DNA of 63,990 nt, filler included, from Dimargaris cristalligena (taxonomy: Eukaryota): NCBI GenBank assembly GCA_003614675.1. It is 3 parts of 3 records of this genome, joined end to end, with 100 filler letters (N's around TTAATTAATTAA, not from the genome) between each part and the next. Parts side by side here need not be neighbours in the genome. Positions count along the whole stretch, not along the records: positions 21,798 to 43,484 come from ML002655.1; positions 43,585 to 63,990 come from ML002699.1; 1 more part is not named here. The stretch is one strand, 5' to 3'. Position 1 is the first letter of the stretch; the number at the start of each line of letters is the position of its first letter. The position numbers were made by a program, and so were the translations under genes. Below are positions 37,447 through 47,668 of this stretch, piece by piece. The notes beneath the pieces were generated by a model. The model ran no database searches, had not been told where the DNA came from, and worked only from the letters and a program-made list of their open reading frames with translations.

Positions 37447-38327
37447 CCCCCCGCCCCCCTCCTCCTACTTGGCTTCATCGTTCTACCTCGGCCCGTATTC
37501 CGACGCCCTCCCCTCCCCTTCGTTCTTCCCATTTGGTCGACTTTTACTTGTATTTGTTCCTTGCTAGAGCCACATTCGGCCCCAAAACTCTCTATGCAAA
37601 CTTGACCCCTTAAATTTCTGATTTTTTTGAGACCACAAAACCACACGCAGTATAGCGGCTGCTCCAATATATATCCATCTACCTATTTATTTACTTTATT
37701 CAACCACTAACTAATCTTGTACTCTTCCCCCCCTGCACTCCGGCCCCAATGCTATTATTGGTATTGCCATTATAATACTATCATTGACCCTTGTTCTCCG
37801 CTATCTATAATTCCCTGTCGTCCCTTGTATCCAATACACGCCTGCGCCCGCTCTTTGTCCCGTTAGACCGTTAATTTGGACCGACTCACGCGTACTCTCG
37901 TCCACTCTTATTCACTCTAGACCTAAACCCCCCTGTCTCTACCGAACCTTCTCTCTCCCCGCCGTGCTTTTTCAACAGCGGTCAATCTGCACCTACCTTT
38001 ATTCCGTCGGACCATTGTGTACAGCGGATTCATCGTCCCGTGTATTTACCAGTGCTACACTACCCCCAGATTGTACACTGCGATCTCTGGTTGCTCAAAA
38101 TCCCTCAACTGTCATCGTGATTGTGATACCTGCAGCTGTTAATCCCCCGCCCGATTGAAGGACAACCTGTCGACTCTGCCACCATCACGTTCTATTACTC
38201 TAGCCCCGATATATATATATATATATTAGTGTACATTATCGACCCTCTAACCTATTCGTTGTAGCATTGTACCTCTGCTGCATAGTCTCGCCGAAAAGGG
38301 GATACCAACAACCACTCCCCCCTCTCT

Positions 38328-38330
<3 letters not shown>

Positions 38331-38358
<28 letters not shown>
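38331..38358. repeat. (TA)n microsatellite just upstream of the WOPR start codon; one of many (others near 10507, 13213, 14088, 17113, 29666, 33614, 47282)
   Basis: Direct inspection of TA dinucleotide runs. Confidence 0.9.
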
Positions 38359-38359
<1 letters not shown>

Positions 38360-38385
38360 CCACATACACATATATACGTATAACC

Positions 38386-40503
38386 ATGATGGAAACTTAC
38401 TACGGTTATATCGAAACGGGCCATGACGCCCTATTATTATTTGAAGCCTGCCGGCAGGGCCGTTTCAGCCGTGTCCAGCGTCGGCTCAGCGACAAGGAAC
38501 GGTCCACCATCCGTTCCGGCTCTATTTTCGTTTGGGACGAGGAAGAGTCGGGTATGCGTCGATGGACCGATGGCAAAACCTGGTCGCCCTCCCGGGTGCT
38601 TGGCTGCTTCCTCACCTACCAAGAACTGGAAACCAAGCGTCGCAGTATCAAGGCCAGCCCCACCGTTAGCCCCCACCCCCCGCAACTCCCCGGCGGTGGG
38701 TCTACTTCCGGCAGCGTATCCGCCGGTGCCAATAAGAGCCAGAGCGGCTCCCCCGTTTTCCAAGGAGCGGGCGGTCTAACCGCGGCCTCGCCCATGTTCG
38801 GCTCCTTGCCTAACCCTTCCGCCGGTGGGGGGAGCCCATCGAATTCGACCCCCACGGTATCCACACAGGCCCTAAGCGTCAAGAACGACGGACTGGTCAA
38901 AAAATCCCTGTCCCTATCCACCTACAACGGCCACAAGCTCCACCTCATTTGCTACTATTCCAAGCGGGACGTTCAGGAGCGTCGGTTGCGGTCACCTTCG
39001 ATGGACCCTCAATTCACGAACCTGGTCATTCCCCATGGCTACTACCCGGAAATGACCCCCGATACGGTGAGCACCACCCATAATACGCCGACCGATTCTT
39101 TCGGTGCAGGTGGCTCCGGTCCCTACTCCTTGGCCGCGCCGGTCTTTGGTGGCAGCGATCCCCGCCCTTTTACTACTGGCCCATCCGGCTATTCCAGCCA
39201 TTATCATCACTACCATCACCAAGCCGGGTTCCCCTACCACCACCCCTCCTCCGCTTCCTCCTCCTCCTCCTCCTCGTACTGCGACGCTCCCCCCCCTCGA
39301 TTTGAGCTGCGTTCCGACGCATACCACCGTCAGCCCCGGACTTTGCCCGCTGGAGCCGCCGGCGGCGGCAGCGGTGGGCATGGTACCGGCGCCGGTCTGC
39401 ACCCTACTCGCTCTAACCCCCACCCGTCCCAGCAGCACCCTGGGATTCACCACCATCCGTTTGAGTTGTACGGCAGTAGCGCCTCCCCCCATCCAAGCCA
39501 TCCCTCCCCACTGGAAACCCGGCAGTACCACCACCACCAGGTGGGGTACGCCCCGGCCTCCGCGGACCACTACCCCCGCCACACCACCTCCCACCTGGGT
39601 CTACTTCCCCCGCCTCCCCCGGCCCAGCACTGCGCTGCTGCCCCCGTTGACCAAATGGCTTCGATCGCTTTAGGAGGGCCAGCCGGCCGCAATGCCGGTA
39701 AAAGCAGTACCACTTCCTACCTGACCTCAGGCACGACTCCCTCCACTACTGGCGCTACCCATGATGTCACCGCCTCAGTGAGTGCTATTACGGCCAGCAC
39801 CCGCATCCCGGCGTTGGATGACTTGCACCCAGGCAAATACGCCCCCCATGTTGCCGCCGGGGGTTCGACCGCTTTTCTCCCTAGAATATCCTCCACCGCC
39901 TATTCGACTAGCCCCGATAACAACGCTTTAGTCAACCGCTGCCGAATGACCCCTCCTACTCTACCGGGTATGAACCAGCTGCCTCCTCTCCAGTCGACCA
40001 TGTCAGCCTCGGCTTCCCTGACCCGCCCGACACACGACCACCACGGCGGAGAGGCGTCGTCCTCGGTCCTGTCCGCACCCATCATCACTACCAAACGCTC
40101 CTACGAAGCCGCAGGCTTGCACGAACCCACCACCGCCACCGGCAGCGGGTATCTCCAAACCGGGAACGAAGGGTCGCCTACCGCCCATGATTCTTCCGCA
40201 TCCATCTGGCGCTCGCCCCAGTCGGCTGAGGCGCTGGGTCGCTCCTACGAGTCCGGGACCAAGGCTCCCCGTACGAGCCACGAGGTGATGGCCCCTTCCC
40301 TCGCTAGCCAGCACCACCTATCCCATTACCACCACCACCACCATTCGGCCACCGGGATGCCAGCTGAAGCCCTAAGTGCCACCGGTAGCGGCGATGGCAC
40401 CTCCACCACCCCGGCAACCCCCACACCCACATCGGCAAGCGTCATCGGACATAGTGAGGACCAGCGGCAACTAGCGGCCTTGCGGAGCACTCTCTCCCTC
40501 TAA
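38386..40503 (+). CDS. Gti1/Pac2 (WOPR) family transcription factor, Pac2-like, single exon, 705 aa
   Basis: METYYGYIETGHDALLLFEACRQG..RVQRRLSDKER..IRSGSIFVWDEEESGMRRWTDGKTWSPSR (WOPRa), GLVKKSLS...KLHLICYY (WOPRb); His/Ser/Pro-rich tail ending SEDQRQLAAL. Confidence 0.95.
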   Translation: MMETYYGYIETGHDALLLFEACRQGRFSRVQRRLSDKERSTIRSGSIFVWDEEESGMRRWTDGKTWSPSRVLGCFLTYQELETKRRSIKASPTVSPHPPQLPGGGSTSGSVSAGANKSQSGSPVFQGAGGLTAASPMFGSLPNPSAGGGSPSNSTPTVSTQALSVKNDGLVKKSLSLSTYNGHKLHLICYYSKRDVQERRLRSPSMDPQFTNLVIPHGYYPEMTPDTVSTTHNTPTDSFGAGGSGPYSLAAPVFGGSDPRPFTTGPSGYSSHYHHYHHQAGFPYHHPSSASSSSSSSYCDAPPPRFELRSDAYHRQPRTLPAGAAGGGSGGHGTGAGLHPTRSNPHPSQQHPGIHHHPFELYGSSASPHPSHPSPLETRQYHHHQVGYAPASADHYPRHTTSHLGLLPPPPPAQHCAAAPVDQMASIALGGPAGRNAGKSSTTSYLTSGTTPSTTGATHDVTASVSAITASTRIPALDDLHPGKYAPHVAAGGSTAFLPRISSTAYSTSPDNNALVNRCRMTPPTLPGMNQLPPLQSTMSASASLTRPTHDHHGGEASSSVLSAPIITTKRSYEAAGLHEPTTATGSGYLQTGNEGSPTAHDSSASIWRSPQSAEALGRSYESGTKAPRTSHEVMAPSLASQHHLSHYHHHHHSATGMPAEALSATGSGDGTSTTPATPTPTSASVIGHSEDQRQLAALRSTLSL

Positions 40504-43432
40504 TCCCGGAGACCCCTACGCGATAATGAAAGCACCGCCGAGTCACAGTATTTCCCAGTACCCCCCTCTTTTGAAATCGGCCCCCTAATATATATTTGAA
40601 TTTCCTTTGTAATTCAATCGACTATAATCGACCCCGAACTTGTGACCGCGGAGAAGAGGTTCGAAAATAGAAAAAACAACGGGATCAGGTATATTGACGA
40701 AATAACCGCCAGTTCCCAGAAGAGATGTTCCCCGGGTTTATTCTGTAGATCCGATTTACCAGGTGGCGGTAGACCGAGGCGGCTTATTTATCCATCGATT
40801 CTGGCGCCAAGTGATTCTCCCCCTCTCAATCCACTCCCCCACCCCAATTCCAGTTTAGTCAACGGTCCCCATATTCCACGTTCGTGTCCGGCCACCGCTT
40901 TTTTTCAATACCACCCTTCTTTCCTGGCCTCGTATGGCCTACGGGGGGTATCCCAAGGTCTCTCTCGATCCCCCATTATCTTAGGAGTGAAAGGCGGTAT
41001 ATGGAGAAGGGCAGTCATTGCTCATCCGATGATTGGATTTACGATTGTTCTTCGCCCATCGCGGCCCCTTATCTTTTCCGCCACCCTTCAATCTTGGCAC
41101 TACTCTCGCCCTTGTTTACGCCCATACCCCCAATTCCTAAACGTTTCCTCTTACTGCATGTCACACGTACCCCTCCCCCTTCTTCACATACACATATTCT
41201 CTTTTCCCGCCATTAGATTTTCGCCCTTGCTTTTATTTCTTGCCCTGCGTTTACATATTGCATGGCAGTGAGACGGGACTGTGGTTGGAGTTTTAAGTTT
41301 GACCGACCGAATAATTTCTGCATTGTATTTTTGACAGGTTAGATTTTCCCCCGATTGACTTGTAATGATATATTTGAGTAGTTTTACACTTATTATTATT
41401 TGATATTTCAGTTGTTTTTTTCAATCCAGCCGCATGTGCGGTATTGCTTTTAAGCGGATGCCGATTTCAACTTTACTCAACGGGGTGTGAATGAACGGAG
41501 GGTTTCACTCCGATGTATTCAAGTACCTTTTATTCCACAAATCATTTATTGTATTTGATTGTGCCCGCTACCATTTTCTGTTCATCATTCGATATTGACG
41601 TATTTGGGTATCGGCCAAAACTCTTTCACACACACACATATATATATATACCTATTTATATGTATATTCATTAACAGGATTTGACAGCCATGTTGGGAAA
41701 TAATCGCAACTCGTAGCTCTTGACGTGTTAAGAACCGAATCTGCCTCCCTTCATCTCCATTTCCTCCTGTATGTCTTGAAGATATTTACATACGAGCACC
41801 TTCTATATTTTATTGGCATCCTCTCATCTCACCCATGTATTATAGACGCCATTGCTACTGTTCCCTATATTCTACTACACCACGTTTATCATATATATTG
41901 CACGCAACACATACACCCATTAGATTTACTATCCTATTTTTTTTCTTTCAATGTCAAGACTTTCCTCCCCCGTCTTCTCCTGCGCTGCTATCTGTAGACG
42001 AACCTTGTTCACTCTACTTTAATATTCACGCTTACCCAAGTGGTCTGGCGGGGTCTGCGCTCCGGTGACTTGCCTCCCCCTTTTTTTGTATCTTATACCA
42101 CAGCCCGGTCCCTTCAAATTTCCACCCCATACCCCCTCATTTCGCTTTTTTTTTTTACAATTGTTTAGTTAATGATGTACCACCACCTCCCGATATGTAA
42201 TAAGCATTCTTTAGTCAATCCTATTATTCGGAAATTTCTAGCCCCCGAATGTGTACTCCACTAAAATAAATAACTTTTAAAAATATTGAGAATTCGAGGA
42301 CCTACTGTCAAAAAGGGGGGGGGGCGGTATCGGGGCATTTCCAAAATCGGCCTATCTAAAACATACCAGATTGTCCGACTAATCTAGTCGCGGAAATCTC
42401 AGTTGTATTATAATCATTGACGTAATATTTGAATATACGACCCCAGTATATCAATTGTCATATTCGAAATGTCAAATTGCCGTAACCGCATTGGCATTAT
42501 TACAGTGCAAATCACCGTATCAACAAATTAACAAGCAGTATTAATAATCCCAATTATCGTGATCGTCGTGTTTGGGTACGTGGTAAATACGTGCGCAATT
42601 GGGCACTTGCGAAACCGCCTTGCATATGACTAATATGCCGTTTTGAGAGTGATTTTATTGATCGTCTGCCAATTGCAATCAATGGGACCTGTCAAAAAAA
42701 AAAACAATCACGTCGCATCCGCCGATTCCCTCGGCAACTCTGTAGGAACCATTGGTTGATGCGGATTCTGTCTCGATAGTGGGGTGTCGATCGATCGCCT
42801 GCTCTAGTAATATCGCGGATCTTGATCTGGTGCGGTTGCACATACAGGGCCCCGGAATAATGGCGGTGTGGTCAGAAACTATAAGGAAACACATGTTACA
42901 TTTGTTGAATATTTAAAAAGGGATTCACTTGATATCTAGAGCGCTTACATATCAATGAACCCATATATTCATGCAAAATATATCTATCTTTTTTAGGCTT
43001 TCTTGCATATGCTAACTGTTAAATTGGATGTCTCTCTGACAATTTAGAATATAAGCTTCACGCATCCGGGAGGCATCGGGCAAGATGGGTGTTCATATAG
43101 GCGGATAGATGCCTAAATGTGATCTAAATTTTTTGCAAAGATCTTCTGAGCATCGGCAACTAGGCGATATATTAGGATCAGCATTCAACGGAGACCACCA
43201 AAAAATCGGATTCTTTTACAAATGTCACGAACCGGTACTGAGGATTGTTTAACTAGCTGTCAAATCGGTTTGATATTCGCAAATCCTATTACTACGCATT
43301 GATCAGACTGACCTTTTTTTAGCACTCTTTCAAAAATAAAAAGTACAACTGGAATGTGTCAAAGTAATTCATGATGTGAATCACCCTTAAAAAAGAGTGA
43401 TGGATCGAAGCATTAGCTAGACCAAGAAAAAA

Positions 43433-43484
43433 TGATTTCTGCCGGATTCGAACCGGCGACCGTCTGTGTGTTAGACAGACGTGA
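43433..43484 (-). tRNA. tRNA-Val, anticodon AAC; 5' part lost at the contig end
   Basis: Reverse complement TCACGTCTGTCT-AAC-ACACAGACGGTCGCCGGTTCGAATCCGGCAGAAATCA contains the anticodon arm, T-arm and 3' acceptor strand, followed by a T6 terminator. Confidence 0.9.
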
Positions 43485-43584
43485 NNNNNNNNNNNNNNNN
43501 NNNNNNNNNNNNNNNNNNNNNNNNNNNNTTAATTAATTAANNNNNNNNNNNNNNNNNNNNNNNNNNNNNNNNNNNNNNNNNNNN
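43485..43584. other. Artificial contig-joining spacer (N44-TTAATTAATTAA-N44)
   Basis: Identical to the spacer at 21698-21797. Confidence 0.97.
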
Positions 43585-44125
43585 CTAAGTTGATATGGGC
43601 CTGTTGAATTGAATTCTCCTTTGAAATCAGGGCTTTGGGGGCAAAATTTTGTCCAGGACACCTCATTTTGATGGTATATATATACACACATGAACCTGCA
43701 TAAAAGGATATCCCATTAGGGAGAGTAATATCACAAGTATTAAAAGTGAAATTGATCCTTGCACCTTTCTTTGTTGCTGCTTTGACCAAAAAAAGGTTAA
43801 AACTAAGTTCAGGGCAGAAACCAATGTCAAAGAGAGTAACAATTACAGGTTTGCCAGTGGAGCTGGTAAGGGTAACCTGGATATTGCCTTGACCCAGGAC
43901 AGGTACCGTGCTGTTATTGGCAATGGTGATGGAGGTCTTTGAGGGTTTGAATTCCTCAAAGAGTTCCAAGTAAGGGCAGAAATTGCCACTTGCACCAGAA
44001 TCAATATACCAAGTCTCAGTTGGATTTTCCTTTTAGGTAGAGGCCTTAAGGGCCAGACCAGATTGTTGGGGTTCTTGTTCACAGTAGGGAGGTGCAGGGA
44101 CCTTAGGTTTACTTAATTCCATGGC
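43585..44125 (-). mobile_element. Degenerate Ty1/copia LTR-retrotransposon pol fragment (aspartic protease to pre-integrase region), truncated by the contig end
   Basis: TWYIDSGASGNFCPYLELFEEF..SITIANNSTVPVLGQGNIQV...VTLFDIGFCPELSFNLFLVKAATKKGARINF is the copia protease pattern (WxxDSGAS..., LxDVxxxPxLxxNLxSV). In-frame TAA at 44033-44035 just upstream; strongly CpG-depleted. Confidence 0.88.
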
Positions 44126-45352
44126 TAACTTTGCAGTTTGGGCCTTACATTTGTACTACCCGGGGCATCCGGCCTATTGCCAGCGGCCTTCGGAATTTGC
44201 GTAGAGGCAACAGCCTCTTTATCAACCTGGCCAGAAGTCACAGCGGCCAGCTCCCTGGTGGTAGAAGACGGGAGGTTCGCGGAGTTGGAGGAGACAGGGG
44301 CGGAGTTGGGCGTCGTCATGGCGGGATAATGGAGGGATGGGTAATCAATGGAACAAAACGGAGAACGGGGGATATAAACGAGGTATAAGGTTTATTGGGA
44401 TATAAAAAACGGTGGCGTCCGTTAATAGTAAATCAATAAGAGGTCGCGGTAATATCTGAGGAATAAGTGAAAAATTCGAAATAAACGAGCGGTGATGCCT
44501 TTTTTTTTCTCCTCCCCCCCCAATTGGGCGGGAATTCATTGGTTACTTATGTAACCAGTTAGTGGGCCTTAGAGGCCGCTGAGTGCAAAAAAAAAGGGTG
44601 TAAAAAATAGAAAAGAATGGAAGGAAAAGGAATGTACCGAGATATAGGTTAGACTTTTTAATGCAAACCACGACTGTAAAACTAAATAATATTTTTGGCT
44701 TTTGTATATGCCACAGTATAGGTGGCAATTTCAGTGGGAAAATGGCGGGGACGATACCGTTGATGTGTACCACGGCATATTCTGCCCTCTGGTGATGAGG
44801 ACTGGCCATCCACAGTCCGGGGTTAAGTGCCGACCTCCGGATGGCACTACACATTGTGGTATCGACAAATAATGAGCCAGTCATCATCAGCGACCCGGGT
44901 AGTCTATATACAATAGTAAAACCGACTGATTATGAAAGGTAAAGAATAACAATTGTCACACTGCATCGCATAGTATTCAAGCCAGCATTGGGGGGTGGTG
45001 GCGAAGGAGCCATTGCTGGAATCTTGGCACCCCTTTGAACTAGATTTACCTTTATCGATGAGGTGCTTTGGTCAGGCTATTTATAATAGGGATTATAAAG
45101 GGGCTGGTTATTGTATAGTGTGACCAGGGTCTATTTAAATAGGCAGATTTTATGGGTGATATCGGTTTGAACTACCAATTATAACGAACAAGTGGGTAGT
45201 GCTCATTTTCCGGATAATCTCCAATATCAATATATCTTAGTTAATCGAAATATTCCTAAAGAATCGGGTGTATGTTAATGGCACTCATAAGTAGACTATA
45301 TTGAAGACAGGTTCGATGAAATTGACAATAGATTAAGTAATAATGGACATGT

Positions 45353-45491
45353 GGGGGAATTTCAGGCCAATTGTATCAAAAAATAACATATAGAATAGCT
45401 AGGTTGATATGGGTAGGGTACATCGGCTTAGCTGGTAAGGTTGGTCTCCCCAAGTGTATAGTTCGCTATACAGCTGTTTTGAATCCCGCCC
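45353..45491. mobile_element. Highly diverged relative of the ~135-bp MITE family (only the termini are recognisable)
   Basis: Starts GGGGGAATTTCAGGCCAATTGTAT and ends TATACAGCTGTTTTGAATCCCGCCC, resembling both family termini at the same spacing (139 bp); the interior does not align by eye. Confidence 0.4.
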
Positions 45492-45745
45492 GTATCCGGG
45501 GGACAGTATTGCCTAATGACGCTAAAGGGACATGGCTCGTCATGTTGTAGTGGGAGCAGAGACTGCGCAATCATCAGCGCCCCTTACTGCCAATGCACTT
45601 TAGTTTATGACCACTTTATCTGTATTTGTTTGATAAATCACTGTTTAATATATGGCTCCTGTAACCATCATAGGAATTAAAGGATCCACTAAAGACCGGC
45701 CAATACTATTATTATTTATCATACGCGGCACAATCATTTTCATAT

Positions 45746-45881
45746 GGGAAAGGTTTAACCGAACTGTATAACAAAAAATCCGTTGGATGAAGTAAATATT
45801 ACTGGTTAAAAATATGTAACCCATGTATTATCCCATTCACTAATCATTTAAAACCTTATACAGCCGGGCCGAATTTCACCC
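45746..45881 (+). mobile_element. ~135-bp MITE-like element, diverged copy retaining CpGs
   Basis: Shares AAAAATCCGTTGGATGA, AATATTACTGGTTAAAA and CCTTATACAGC..GAATTTCACCC with the copies at 62-63 kb; flanked by ATAT on both sides. Confidence 0.7.
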
Positions 45882-46374
45882 ATATATATACTGATTCGAA
45901 TTAGTCAATGTCAGTAATTTTTATAAAAACTAGCAATAAGTAAGACCAACCAAGGCTAGAAATCGAGTATAAATAGCCGCAGGGATCGCAACCCCTAGAA
46001 ACGCATCGATTGGTACAAGTTTTGAACTGTACCGACGCATTCCACCTAAAGCTAGTTTAGTTATTTCCAGGCCCTGTTTTTGATTGACCTTTTATAATTA
46101 TTTATAAGTATCCGCGCCTTTTATTATTAATATAATATAGACAGTTCACCGCATGCAGAGAAGTGTTGTTATGGGTATATTTAAGCCCAATTGCGATGGA
46201 TGAATGGTGGTACTTGATACCCTAGCCATTTGGGGAATACTCCGGGGAAAATTTGACCAAGGAGCGCCCCCTCCCGATGACATGTAGCTCTATATTCGAT
46301 GATTCATAATGGGTGAAGGAGTAGTAGTCCCCCAGCAACTGACTGACCCATTGGATCGGGGTTGTCGATGGGGA

Positions 46375-46946
46375 TGACGTAGGGATGTGCCCTTGTTTAG
46401 GTCGGCCAAGTCCCAAGTTCCCGGCGGATCAGCGGTATAAAATCGGCCAGTCGTTTCAACCCAGTGGCACAAGCCGTCAGGAGGAGGAGGTACACCACCA
46501 AGCAGTGGCCGGGTGGTATCCATTATAGGAGTGTAAGGTTGGACGGACTTCTTAGCGGGGGAGAAGTTAGAGCAACTTGTTCGCACCCAACCCCAATGTC
46601 AATAGTTATAGGTTTTTCATATTACAGGCACTGGGCCGGACCATTGATCGACGACGTCATCGTTGTGACGTGATGCGGGGAGAGTGTATTAAATGACCCG
46701 AGCCTGCTCGCTCTGGCTGTATACGGACGAATCGAAAAGGGCTGGAGGTACATATACGAGAGAAAGGCATAAGGTCGCTGTTATTTTCTCTCTCTCCTGC
46801 AGAAACTCCTTTACTCTAGCCGCGATGGGAACATGGCACCACTACTTCGCTCAACCAACCTGGCCAAATGGGGCATTTTCCCGAGGGCCCCCTGGTCCTC
46901 GGCTGCATCCTGATTGGTGCGATGGGGGAAATATGCATGACGTCAT
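46375..46946. promoter_or_regulatory. Cluster of CRE (ATF/CREB) motifs upstream of the bZIP gene
   Basis: TGACGTA at 46375, GACGTCAT at 46653, TGACGTG at 46666 and the perfect palindrome ATGACGTCAT at 46937-46946. Confidence 0.6.
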
Positions 46947-47668
46947 TGGATGGGGGAATAAAAGGGCTGCTAGTGGCGGTGGGCTTCCCACAAGCAATAG
47001 GGTGATGATGCGAGACGCATGAGCGAGAGAGAGAGAGAGAGTGAGAGAGAGAGAGTATATGTACATTATATACTATATATGGGAGGGGGAGATATGGTAA
47101 AGGGAAGTCTATTTGGCCGGCTGGGGAAGGCAAGGAAAGGAAAGGAAGGGGGGTCTCTATAAGCAAGCAGTGGAGAGCGGAGCGATAAGGGCGATGTAAA
47201 TCTGTATGGGTGGGTAAGACACCCATGCTGTTTCAGAATACTATTCTGAAGGGGCCAAGCACAAAGGCCGATGAAGAAATTTATATATATATATATATAT
47301 ATACATTCACTCTCGCCCCTCCCCTGAGTCCCCCGTGCTCTGTGCCCCGAACAACAACGTCATCATCCTATACACCCTTGTCCTCCTCTTCTTGACTCTG
47401 TTTACTTTCCTTTACTCTACTCTACTACCCTTTCCTAAGTACCGGTATACCAACCAACCAGAGACCAGCTGTTGTGGCACCCCTTCTTTTAATTTTCCGA
47501 AGTCTCTCTTCGTAATTGGCCTTTTATTTCTTACTCTACTCTCACCCTTCTTCTTTGAGTTTCTTGGTGTCCATTCCTTTCACATTGCCTGCCTACCTGC
47601 CTACCTACCTGTTCTCTCTTTCTTTCTCTCTTCCTTCAGCACTCCCATTCTCTCAATCCCCCTACCGC

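Noticed and set aside
40642..41271. 209-aa ORF downstream of the WOPR gene
   Set aside because: GTG start, no domain, composition consistent with 3'UTR.
43433..44125. Copia inserted directly into or beside tRNA-Val
   Set aside because: The two are separated by an artificial contig spacer; adjacency is unproven.
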